A stretch of 16,829 nt of DNA from Candidatus Sumerlaeales bacterium (GTDB lineage Bacteria; Sumerlaeota; Sumerlaeia; Sumerlaeales; Sumerlaeaceae): NCBI GenBank assembly GCA_038243585.1, contig JBBSQY010000062.1:1-16829 (forward strand), written 5' to 3'. Each line of letters begins with the position of its first letter. Position 1 is the first letter of the stretch. The notes below the pieces were generated by a model, which worked only from the letters and a program-made list of their open reading frames with translations, was not told where the DNA came from and did no database searches. Position numbers and translations under genes: made by a program. Below are positions 1 through 7,911 of this stretch, in pieces.

Positions 1-1191
1 GGCATCGCTCCACGCGCCGGGCAGATCCGCCGCCGGCAGCTCGCCCGAAAGCAGCGCCTGTTCCAGTTCGAAACGCAGGATGATATGAAGATTGTATGTC
101 ACTTCATCGCTCTCGGTGCGGATCAGGGACGGTTCGATATTATTGATGGCAAACATCCAGTCGGCATCTGATACATCGCTGAGCTGTTCCGGAAACTGGG
201 TGCGAAAATGAGGCAGCATCCATTGCCAGAATGGCGCACCGCGGCCCACCAGATTTTCCCAAAGGCGCGACTGTGACTCATGAATTCCCAGGGACACGTA
301 TTCCCCACAGGGCGTGCCATAATGTTCTGCGAGCAGCCCCTGATCGTAAAGGCCATGACCGGTTTCATGGAGAACGCTGAAAAAGGCGTCGCCGATATTG
401 TGCTCGTCATACCGGGTGGTCATTCGCGTGTCGCCGGGGCCGATCATGGAGCAGAACGGATGGGTGCTTGTATCGAGACGGCCTTTGGCAAAATCAAAGC
501 CCACTGCCTGCGCCGCCTGCCAGGCCAGGGCTGTCTGGGCCTGGGCGGGATAGCGGCGATGCAGGATTGTCGACGGTGCCTTACGGCCACTTTCCGCTAC
601 CGCCGAAACAATCTCAACCAGCGGACCCCGGAGTTCGTCAAATACGCGGCGCAGTTCGGCGGCGGTCATTCCGGGTTCATACTCATCCAAGAGAGCATCG
701 TAGGGATCGCCGGACGCTGACCCGACATGGTCCGCTTCCCGGCGTTTCAGCGCGATTATCTTTTCAAGCCATGGCTGAAAGTCCGCAAAGCAATCTGTTT
801 CCCGCGCCTGCATCCACGCCTGCTGCGCCATGCTTCCGGCATGGGCGAGTTCCTCAACCAGCGCGGATGGAAGGCGGGACTGGCGGCTGAAACTGCGGCG
901 GGTTTCCCGCAGATTCACGGTAATATCAGATGCGGCCGTTTGATCTGGCGCGGTGGCATCGGCGGCGGAGTCTTCCTCGGCTTTGGACAGCAGGTCTGAA
1001 AATCGAGGAGAGGTCATGCGCTCGTGGCAAAGACGAGCGAGCAGGGAAAGCTGGTCCGCACGCTGAGCGCCGCCGCCCGCAGGCATATAGGTTTGCTCGT
1101 CCCAGCCAAGTACAGAAGCGGTAGAGCCGAGAAGAGAAATTTCTTTCAGCTCGCCGATGAGCTGATCGTATGCGGAGGTCGGGGTGGTCAT
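1..1191 (-). CDS. Carboxypeptidase Taq-like metallopeptidase, family M32 (3' end runs off the left edge of the window)
   Basis: Absent from the ORF track because it has no stop in the window; I translated the motif-bearing segments by hand and they share one frame. ATG at 1191 gives MTTPTSAYDQLIGELKEISLLGSTASVLGWDEQTYMP. M32 motifs: DTSTHPFC, DTRMTTRY, zinc motif HETGH (355-369), HESQSRLWEN, IRTESDEVTYNLHIILRFELE. Confidence 0.95.
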   Translation of the reverse strand, partial: MTTPTSAYDQLIGELKEISLLGSTASVLGWDEQTYMPAGGGAQRADQLSLLARLCHERMTSPRFSDLLSKAEEDSAADATAPDQTAASDITVNLRETRRSFSRQSRLPSALVEELAHAGSMAQQAWMQARETDCFADFQPWLEKIIALKRREADHVGSASGDPYDALLDEYEPGMTAAELRRVFDELRGPLVEIVSAVAESGRKAPSTILHRRYPAQAQTALAWQAAQAVGFDFAKGRLDTSTHPFCSMIGPGDTRMTTRYDEHNIGDAFFSVLHETGHGLYDQGLLAEHYGTPCGEYVSLGIHESQSRLWENLVGRGAPFWQWMLPHFRTQFPEQLSDVSDADWMFAINNIEPSLIRTESDEVTYNLHIILRFELEQALLSGELPAADLPGAWSDA

Positions 1192-1302
1192 GGTTTAGGG
1201 TAATCCGTTGGGATAACAAACTTCATATTCAATGCAGGAGCAGGTTCAAATATCGGTGTGCAATACTCTGACCGGTTAGGGTTGGCAAATGGGGCTGATC
1301 GC

Positions 1303-3231
1303 CTAATACAGCGTCCACTCGTCAATTCCTGTTTCGCCCACGGCTATATTTACGCGGCGTACTTCGCCCGGAAGCAACGGATCAACGGCGACGGTCCGCA
1401 CCGGCAATCCTGCTTTGGTGACGGTAAGGGTCAGGGGGGTCGCGGCGGGGGATTTCAACATTGCATAAAAGCCGTCGGATCCGCTCAGCCATTTATAGCT
1501 GCTGCCGGTGCGCTGTAACTGGGCGTCCACTATGGGAGCGCCGGTGGAGTCGGTGACATTGCCGACGATGATGGACTCAGTGGGCGTGGTCAGCCATTCC
1601 ATTGCGGGAACGGAGACTTTTGTGCGGTATATCGTATCGGAATACTGAGCAAACTCTGTCGATGGAAACGCGGTATAACTAAAGATTACGGTTCCGGCGG
1701 CACCGAGTTCCCTGGCCCTTAATATCTGGTCACGAGTGTTTTCGAAATTACCGGTGCTGTTTCGGCTCATGCCCGCCACCACCTGCCGACCGTTAGCCAA
1801 GGGGAAATTACTGTTCAGGTTGGCTGAGAAATTTGTAAGGCCGCTGTCGTAAACCTGGGGGACAAAGAAATCCTGAGCCCCGATACCCGTCCATGCGCCC
1901 AGCATCTGGTTGACCGATTCCTGCTGAGATTTCCCGCGATAAGGGGCGCTGCTGACGGTGATTTCTGGTTTGCTGGCAGGACGGTTATAGTTTATTTCTG
2001 CCACTGCGCCGTAGATGTCGTTGAGCAAGCGGGTGATCTGATCGCGGCTCCAATTGCGAAAGCTGAGATTCGAAGGGTTTGACGGGCTGTTCACAGCGCT
2101 GCGGATCATGCTGATGGGGTCATAGCTGCCGTTGCCGGCAAATCGGATACGGTCGAAATGCACGCCGTCCACGTTATAATTTTGAGCCACGTAGACAACC
2201 TGATCGCGGGTCCACTGCTGAAAGGTCGGCACGCCGGGCGCTGCCCAGTCATAAAGTTCTTCTCCGGCCCCTAAAGCCTGGGGTTGCCCGTCGGAAGTAT
2301 GATAGACCCAATCGCGGTGGGCCGGGTCGTCAGGGTTTCCGTGGGTAAAAAACGGATGAACAGGCTGGCCGCCGGGAACCACCGGAGGGGTCGCGCCCTG
2401 GTAGATGACATGAGTGTTGATGTACGCGTGGAATTGCAGGCCGGCCAGGTGGGATTTTGTTATGGCATAAGCCATTGGATCATACGATTGAGGCTGATGA
2501 GAGAATTGCTTAGCCCACGGTTCGTTGGGCGACGGGTACAACGTCTCCATCTGGCCGCGAACCTGCAAAAAGATGGCGTTAAAGTTTGCGTCGGCCATAC
2601 GGTTTATTATGGTGTCCAGCTGGCCCTTCGTCTGCGTCTGAGTAGACTTGGGCCATTCGAATCGACTGACCCACAGACCCCGCAGCTCCGGTTCTTCGGG
2701 AGGACCTACGGGATTTTCGTCGCCGGGCTCCGGGCCGGGGGTGGGGCCGGCATATACAAACTCGACGGCATCGGCCATGACTACGGGAGTGGCGAAGTCC
2801 GGGCTCGCCGCATCGTTGGCGACAGATACGGAGCCGCCAGTGCCCGCAGCAAAATGCATCTGCCCGATGTAAAAGAACTGAGATCCGTTTAGTTGCTGAT
2901 TGACCCGGACAGTGCTGGTTGCGGTGTCGCCATGGACGGTGTAGGGGCTGTTGATTGCGCGATTGGTCCCGGTGTTGTACCAGACGGAGACGTAATAATA
3001 GCCTTCCATGGGCAGGGTCGGGGTGAACCGGACGCGGGCCGTGGGCGTGGGGCTGGATGTGGCGAATGTGAAACGGTAGTCGGGACCGAACTTGCCACCG
3101 GTGGCGGTTCCTGTTTCCCAAGTGCCGGCTTCTACGGAAAAGCCGGGGTCCGCATTATCGACTACTACGGATTGTGCGGACACGGATGCGGCGGCAAGGA
3201 AGAGAAAAGTAACGGCGACGGCTTTAAACAT
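1303..3231 (-). CDS. Secreted GHL10/DUF187 (YddW/DigH-like) glycosyl hydrolase with an N-terminal golvesin/xanthan-lyase-CBD-like domain and a C-terminal carboxypeptidase-regulatory-like beta domain
   Basis: Start moved to ATG 3231 (signal peptide MFKAVAVTFLFLAAASVSA|Q), 642 aa. N-domain VVVDNADPGF...GYYYVSVWY...NRA...VNQQ.NG...VMADAVEF, then a Pro/Glu linker. GHL10-type motifs ELRGLWV, NFNAIFLQVRG, LYPS..EPW, YDPMAYAI...GLQFHAYIN, YNVDGVHFDRIRF, DFFVPQVY. C-domain IVGNVTDSTGAPIVDA...SDGFY. Confidence 0.85.
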   Translation of the reverse strand: MFKAVAVTFLFLAAASVSAQSVVVDNADPGFSVEAGTWETGTATGGKFGPDYRFTFATSSPTPTARVRFTPTLPMEGYYYVSVWYNTGTNRAINSPYTVHGDTATSTVRVNQQLNGSQFFYIGQMHFAAGTGGSVSVANDAASPDFATPVVMADAVEFVYAGPTPGPEPGDENPVGPPEEPELRGLWVSRFEWPKSTQTQTKGQLDTIINRMADANFNAIFLQVRGQMETLYPSPNEPWAKQFSHQPQSYDPMAYAITKSHLAGLQFHAYINTHVIYQGATPPVVPGGQPVHPFFTHGNPDDPAHRDWVYHTSDGQPQALGAGEELYDWAAPGVPTFQQWTRDQVVYVAQNYNVDGVHFDRIRFAGNGSYDPISMIRSAVNSPSNPSNLSFRNWSRDQITRLLNDIYGAVAEINYNRPASKPEITVSSAPYRGKSQQESVNQMLGAWTGIGAQDFFVPQVYDSGLTNFSANLNSNFPLANGRQVVAGMSRNSTGNFENTRDQILRARELGAAGTVIFSYTAFPSTEFAQYSDTIYRTKVSVPAMEWLTTPTESIIVGNVTDSTGAPIVDAQLQRTGSSYKWLSGSDGFYAMLKSPAATPLTLTVTKAGLPVRTVAVDPLLPGEVRRVNIAVGETGIDEWTLY

Positions 3232-3309
3232 AATCTGTGGTCTCGTGATTCGGTTTTGGTTCCATGGCGGGTTAATGTGAAATTTCAAAACACAGGCGGG
3301 ATGCCTATG

Positions 3310-4260
3310 CTACTTCAGGGTTATGGTTACCGTGAGTGGCAGGTGGTCGGAAACGGGGGTGTCGAGCACGGTGACATCTGTGATACTAACCTTGCGGCTG
3401 CAAAATATGTAGTCGATGCGGCGCTTACTGTTGCCGTGGTTCATTGTCGGTTTTGGTTCGTCGCCGGATTGGCCTGCGAACTCGGCCGCCAGATCATGGA
3501 ACCCAGCTTCTTTTACCATCCCAAGCAGATCGGGCTCCCCTGGGTGCGGATGGTGATTCATATCGCCAAGGATAAAAACGGTGGCCGTTGTGGCGTCCAT
3601 CTTTGCGTGGCGTAGCAGTTCGGTCATTTGTGCCTGCCGGGTTTTTCCGTTGTTGTGCTGAAGGTGGGTGCTGTAGATGACGACGATTCCGAGAGCCGGG
3701 ATCTGTTCCGCTAGCTGCACACGCACCGCATTTCGGGCTTCGTCCATATTTTCCCTGGCCTTGGCGTCACCTCTGGGGAGCTTTACGATTGTGGGAGGTA
3801 GAATATCAAGGCGGGTGAGAACGGCATTACCGAATTCTCCATGGGACGCACCGTTGTTTTTCCATCGGGCGGTATTGCCCCATTCCGCATAGCCACGGTT
3901 TTCCGGATAACCGGAATCGGAATCCAGGGTGCTGCCGAAACTGTAGTTCATGCTCATCAGACTGGCAAGGTATAGGGGCATGTTTAGGGGACAGGTTTGG
4001 ATCGTTCCTCCCGCGTTTAAACCCCATAGATTTCTTACTTCCTGCAATGCAATTATGTCTGCTGCAGCCGTGGTGAGCACATCGGAAATGTTTTTCAGAT
4101 CAATTATTGAGGGCTGGTGATTCGCACTGCTTAGGCCATCGGGTATGCCGCTATGAATATTGTAGGTGGTGAGAGTCAGGGAACCAGATGTGGTCGCACT
4201 GCCCTGGCTGGGTAGCAGCAAAGCACTAAGTGCGAGGGCAAGGCCTGTGACTGTTTTCAT
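3310..4260 (-). CDS. Secreted endonuclease/exonuclease/phosphatase (EEP) family protein
   Basis: N-terminal signal peptide followed by the EEP motifs TYNIH, IALQEV, GNAVLTR, STHL, ILGDMN, RIDYIF and SDHLPL. Confidence 0.9.
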   Translation of the reverse strand: MKTVTGLALALSALLLPSQGSATTSGSLTLTTYNIHSGIPDGLSSANHQPSIIDLKNISDVLTTAAADIIALQEVRNLWGLNAGGTIQTCPLNMPLYLASLMSMNYSFGSTLDSDSGYPENRGYAEWGNTARWKNNGASHGEFGNAVLTRLDILPPTIVKLPRGDAKARENMDEARNAVRVQLAEQIPALGIVVIYSTHLQHNNGKTRQAQMTELLRHAKMDATTATVFILGDMNHHPHPGEPDLLGMVKEAGFHDLAAEFAGQSGDEPKPTMNHGNSKRRIDYIFCSRKVSITDVTVLDTPVSDHLPLTVTITLK

Positions 4261-4354
4261 TTGTGGGGGACTCCGCGGATTTACAGATTAAAGGTATAAA
4301 ACTGCAGATGCCCGCAGAGTTCGGAACGGTCAAGCGGCGTGTTAGGGGTCCAAT

Positions 4355-4383
4355 AAAAAACAGGGCCGATGTTCTGGCCCTGT
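4355..4383 (-). terminator. Rho-independent terminator of the GETP-repeat protein gene
   Basis: Minus strand reads ACAGGGCC-agaacatc-GGCCCTGT followed by TTTTT, about 25 nt downstream of the stop at 4408. Confidence 0.8.
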
Positions 4384-4407
4384 CTACAGTTTACTGTATC
4401 ATTTGCT

Positions 4408-5706
4408 TTAGTTAGTATTGTCTGTGCTTGAAGAAGAGTCAGGACGTGCCTTGCTTGGCTCTTCAGTGGTGCTGTCAGAGTTGCTTCTCTTCGCCGCATT
4501 GCTCTGAGGCGAATCGCTTGCATCATCCTTGCTCTTTGCTTTGTTCGACTGGCTGCTGCTCCCAGCGGAAGGAATAGTCGAACTGGCAGGCTTGGTGGCC
4601 GAGCTTGAAGGTGGGGTTGCAGCTGAACCGGCACGCGGTGTTGCGGATGAAGCCGTAGGCGGTGTGACGGATGTGCCTGAAGCGGGAGTTGCAGATGTGC
4701 TGGAAACCGGTGTGGCTCCCGGGGTTGGGTTTGCATCGGTTGGGGCATTTGCACCCGGAGCTGGAGTGGTACGCACAGCCGGACTTCCATCTACTGATGG
4801 TGTTTCACCAGTCTGCGGGGTCTGCAATGAACGTGGGGTTTCGCCCACTTTCGGAGTCTCGCCCGATACCGGTGTTGCTGTTGAGCCTGGAGTCTGTCCA
4901 GCGTTAGGGGTCTCTCCAACGCGTGGCGTCTGTCCGACGACAGGTGTTTCGCCGGCACGTGGCGTTTCACCTGCGCCAGGTGTCACGTCTGCCCTAGGAG
5001 TCTCTCCGGCCTTCGGGGTTTCACCAGCTTTAGGAGTTTCACCTGCGCCAGGGGTTTGTTTGATATCAGGTTTGACGGAGCCGCCCTCTTTGGTGGAAAC
5101 GTTATTATCGGCGGCATCGTCTTTTTTGCTGGCTTTGCTTTCGCTGCGGCGAACCTGCTCAATATTGCCAGATTTCACAGCCTTAACGCTTTCTTCAATG
5201 TTCAGTTCCTGCACGTTCACATTGTTCTGCTTAACGGCCTGCTGAATCTGAGCCCGGTTAACGTCCACATCCACATTGACTTCATTGTTTACAATGTTGA
5301 CGTTATTATACCAGACAGGCTGAGCATAAACGGGAAAGCCTGACGGAACTGGATTGGAACGGACATAGGTGTGGATACGCTGAACTACCGGCACACCGAC
5401 AATCTGCACCTGGTTGTTTACGTAAACCCGAACCTGATCAAAGTCGCCACGGATGCGGGCTTCCATAATTTGCAGGTCCAGAGCGATCAACTGGTTGATC
5501 TGAGCCGGGGGTATATTGACCGACCGGTAAGTCGCGTAAAGATAATCTACATATTCACGTACGACGGTGGTCGTCTCAATAGTGGTCACTGTGCCACCGT
5601 CCGCCGTGCGGACGGTTGTTTCACGACGCTGGGTCTCAACGGTTGTTTGTGCAAAAGCGCTGCAACTGATAACTGCAATACATGCAGCTGCGAAATACTG
5701 TTTCAT
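4408..5706 (-). CDS. Secreted hypothetical protein with an N/V/Q/T-rich N-terminal half and a long Thr-Pro repeat / Ser-rich disordered C-terminal half
   Basis: ATG at 5706 has a GGGAG SD about 9 nt upstream and gives signal peptide MKQYFAAACIAVISCSAFA|QT; 432 aa. It is flanked by a candidate sigma-54 promoter and a terminator. No family recognised. Confidence 0.85.
   Translation of the reverse strand: MKQYFAAACIAVISCSAFAQTTVETQRRETTVRTADGGTVTTIETTTVVREYVDYLYATYRSVNIPPAQINQLIALDLQIMEARIRGDFDQVRVYVNNQVQIVGVPVVQRIHTYVRSNPVPSGFPVYAQPVWYNNVNIVNNEVNVDVDVNRAQIQQAVKQNNVNVQELNIEESVKAVKSGNIEQVRRSESKASKKDDAADNNVSTKEGGSVKPDIKQTPGAGETPKAGETPKAGETPRADVTPGAGETPRAGETPVVGQTPRVGETPNAGQTPGSTATPVSGETPKVGETPRSLQTPQTGETPSVDGSPAVRTTPAPGANAPTDANPTPGATPVSSTSATPASGTSVTPPTASSATPRAGSAATPPSSSATKPASSTIPSAGSSSQSNKAKSKDDASDSPQSNAAKRSNSDSTTEEPSKARPDSSSSTDNTN
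4762..5067 (-). repeat. Coding tandem repeat: 17 in-register 18-nt (hexapeptide xxGETP-like) units
   Basis: DIKQTP GAGETP KAGETP KAGETP RADVTP GAGETP RAGETP VVGQTP RVGETP NAGQTP GSTATP VSGETP KVGETP RSLQTP QTGETP SVDGSP AVRTTP. An ~8-residue ATPxSxxS periodic block follows at ~4600-4716. Confidence 0.9.
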
Positions 5707-5761
5707 AGCTTGTAACTCCCAAGTTTTCAATATAAGTGTTGATGCTTCTGGGAGTATACTC

Positions 5762-5777
5762 AGCAACCTGCGTGCCG
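5762..5777 (-). promoter_or_regulatory. Sigma-54 (RpoN) -24/-12 promoter candidate
   Basis: Minus strand CGGCACGCAGGTTGCT versus consensus TGGCACGnnnnTTGCW: exact GG-N10-GC spacing, one mismatch, correct orientation, 55 nt upstream of ATG 5706. Confidence 0.7.
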
Positions 5778-5897
5778 AATGAAGCAGATCAGTAGGAAAA
5801 ACGCAGACATTCAGCCTGAGAATGCCAACGGTGCGGAGGCAGCAACTCTAATAATTTGCGGCACAATCGTTATAATTGCGTCATTTTTAGCGCGATT

Positions 5898-6080
5898 TTA
5901 GTTTTCTGCACCGCGGAGTTCCGGGTGCCAGGTATCGCGCACCACAATGTAAACCGATATTATAATAAGGTTTACAATTGCCAGGGTGATCCAAACAAGC
6001 GGGCGCTTTTGCAGCCGAACTATAAACGGGCCAGCGATGCTGGCCACTAATATTCCTATAACGACGGTCAGTGCATTCAT
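5898..6080 (-). CDS. Small hypothetical membrane protein (60 aa, two hydrophobic segments)
   Basis: ATG-started ORF filling the gap downstream of ruvC; two hydrophobic stretches separated by a basic loop (RLQKRP). Confidence 0.55.
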   Translation of the reverse strand: MNALTVVIGILVASIAGPFIVRLQKRPLVWITLAIVNLIIISVYIVVRDTWHPELRGAEN

Positions 6081-6177
6081 GAGGGGATACCTATTGTGGC
6101 GGGATTAATAAAATCAAGGGGAAGGTGAGGCTGGTTGTGAGAAAGTGAGAAGGCAGGCAGCACTGTTTGGTTTGTGA

Positions 6178-6723
6178 CTATGCTCTTCGGCGCTTTTGGA
6201 TCCTGGCGGCGGCCAGCAGTTGTTTGGCTATAGAGTTTTCTACGGCCTGATGAAAATGGCTGGAGTGGGCGTGGCAGATGGCGACGGCGAGAGCATCTGC
6301 GGCGTGGGACGTGGCGGGGGTATCGCGGAGGGCCAGGATGACGCCCACCATCCGCAGCACCTGATCTTTGGCCGCCTTGCCGCTGCCGCTTACGGCCTGT
6401 TTGATCTGCTGGGGAGTGTACTCGGATAAGGGGAGTTCTGCATTGGCGGTGGCCAGAATGGCCACGCCACGACCTTCAGCCACGGCCATGGCACTTTTTA
6501 CGTTAATGCTGAAAAACAGTTTTTCGATGGCGACAACATGGGGGCAGGTTTGAGCAATGACAAGGCTCAGGCCGTCGTAGATGGCCTTAAGGCGGGCGGC
6601 AGTGCTTTCGCCGGGGCGGGTGATAATGCAGCCCTGGTCAACCAGACGTGACTGATTTGCTTCGTGATCAATAACGCCGTAACCAGTGTTGGAGAGGCCA
6701 GGGTCAATTCCAAGAATACGCAT
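6178..6723 (-). CDS. ruvC: Crossover junction endodeoxyribonuclease RuvC (Holliday junction resolvase)
   Basis: Start at ATG 6723: MRILGIDPGLSNTGYGVI; also AIEKLFF, EGRGV, EYTPQQIKQAVSGSGKAAKDQV and HAADALAVAICH; 181 aa. Confidence 0.96.
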   Translation of the reverse strand: MRILGIDPGLSNTGYGVIDHEANQSRLVDQGCIITRPGESTAARLKAIYDGLSLVIAQTCPHVVAIEKLFFSINVKSAMAVAEGRGVAILATANAELPLSEYTPQQIKQAVSGSGKAAKDQVLRMVGVILALRDTPATSHAADALAVAICHAHSSHFHQAVENSIAKQLLAAARIQKRRRA

Positions 6724-6861
6724 GAAGATGATCTGGGGACGGGACAAGCGGGTTTGCCAGAAAAATCGGACAATTGCGTCTTGTCTGAAAAAACCGTATG
6801 ACCCGTTGACAAGTGATTGTCCTGTTAAATGAATTGCCTATCAATAGCAGGCGGACGGCTG

Positions 6862-7911
6862 ATGGACATCGTAAATGATGAAGACCTGCAACAGCGGGTT
6901 GATGAGGTAGGAGGGCCCATACGCCTTCTCGTGGAAGCACTCGATCAGGTGATACTGGACAAGCCGGATGTGACACGCGCGCTGGTGACAGGGGTGCTGG
7001 CGGGCGGCCATGTGCTATTGGAGGGCCTTCCGGGGCTGGGCAAGACGGAACTGGTGAAGGGGCTGGCTCGCCTGTGCTCCATTGAATTCCGGCGTGTGCA
7101 ATTTACGCCGGATCTGCTGCCGAGCGACATCACGGGTAGTTTTATTTTACAGGAGGGGGAAGCGGAGGCTGACGGCCACCGGCACCGGGATTTTGTTTTT
7201 CAACGGGGCCCGGTTTTCTGCAATATTTTGCTGTGCGACGAGATCAACCGGGCATCGCCGAAAACCCAGAGCGCCCTGCTGGAGGCCATGGCGGAGCGCT
7301 GTGTGACGGTGATGGGCGAGACTCATCCGCTGCCGAATCCATTTTTCGCCATCGCGACGCAGAATCCCATCGAACTGGAAGGCACGTATCCCCTGCCGGA
7401 GGCGCAGGTCGACCGGTTTCTTTTCAAGCTCCATCTGGGACGCCCGAGCGCGGACGTGCTGAAAAATATTGTGCGCGACCGGGTGACCGGCGCACCGCCG
7501 GAAATGCAGCCGGTGTTGTCTTTGGATGAACTGCGGGACGCGATCGGGCTTTGCCGTCAAGTACACGTAAGCGAACCTGTTGCGGCTTACATCGCCCGGC
7601 TGGTAGAGGCGACGCACCCGGACGCGACCGGCGCGCCGGATCTTGTGCGCCGATACGTTAAGTATGGCGCCAGCCCCCGGGCAGCAATAGCCCTGGGGAC
7701 AGCGGCCCGAGCCTGGGCGCTGATGGAAGGAAAGTCCCATGCAGGGTTTGAATCCGTAAAGAAGCTGTTTACCCACGTGATGAACCACCGCATCCTGCTG
7801 GATTATTCCGCGCGCATGGACGATGTTCGCGTGGATCAGGTGATTGCGCAGGTATTGGAATCTGTTGATGTTCATGGCAAACCATTGCCGGCGGGAGTGC
7901 GCGGCGCATGA
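6862..7911 (+). CDS. moxR: MoxR-family AAA+ ATPase (MoxR-proper type)
   Basis: Walker A GHVLLEGLPGLGKT, RVQFTPDLLPSDITG, Walker B LLCDEINRASPKTQSALLEAM, ATQNPIELEGTYPLPEAQVDRF, GASPRA. Likely start is ATG 6862 (alternative 6829). Confidence 0.95.
   Translation: MDIVNDEDLQQRVDEVGGPIRLLVEALDQVILDKPDVTRALVTGVLAGGHVLLEGLPGLGKTELVKGLARLCSIEFRRVQFTPDLLPSDITGSFILQEGEAEADGHRHRDFVFQRGPVFCNILLCDEINRASPKTQSALLEAMAERCVTVMGETHPLPNPFFAIATQNPIELEGTYPLPEAQVDRFLFKLHLGRPSADVLKNIVRDRVTGAPPEMQPVLSLDELRDAIGLCRQVHVSEPVAAYIARLVEATHPDATGAPDLVRRYVKYGASPRAAIALGTAARAWALMEGKSHAGFESVKKLFTHVMNHRILLDYSARMDDVRVDQVIAQVLESVDVHGKPLPAGVRGA

Noticed and set aside
123..1219. Several short ORF-track calls at the left end
   Set aside because: All are alternative-frame shadows of the M32 carboxypeptidase on 1-1191 (minus strand).
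4762..5067. Periodic DNA as a possible CRISPR array or non-coding repeat
   Set aside because: The period is 18 nt, variation is concentrated at third codon positions, and there is no repeat-spacer structure; it is a coding repeat.
4529..5245. 238-aa plus-strand ORF with GVSP repeats
   Set aside because: Antisense shadow of the GETP repeat gene; the minus-strand gene has the SD, signal peptide, promoter and terminator.
6290..6310. RuvC has His (SHAAD) where E. coli RuvC has catalytic Asp138
   Set aside because: His at this position is a known natural variant in active RuvC enzymes such as Thermus thermophilus; the other acidic residues are intact.
6178..6723. RuvC nuclease plus Y1 transposase as a possible TnpB/IscB/Cas-like RNA-guided system
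   Set aside because: This is a normal stand-alone 181-aa Holliday junction resolvase about 8.5 kb from tnpA, with no TnpB zinc finger, array or guide-like RNA.
6743..6830. Three GACAA...TTG(T/C)C palindromes and a TTGACA hexamer in the ruvC/moxR divergent region
   Set aside because: Spacers are inconsistent (6, 7 and 4 nt), and TTGACA (6806-6811) has no good -10 at 16-18 nt; not enough to call an operator or promoter.
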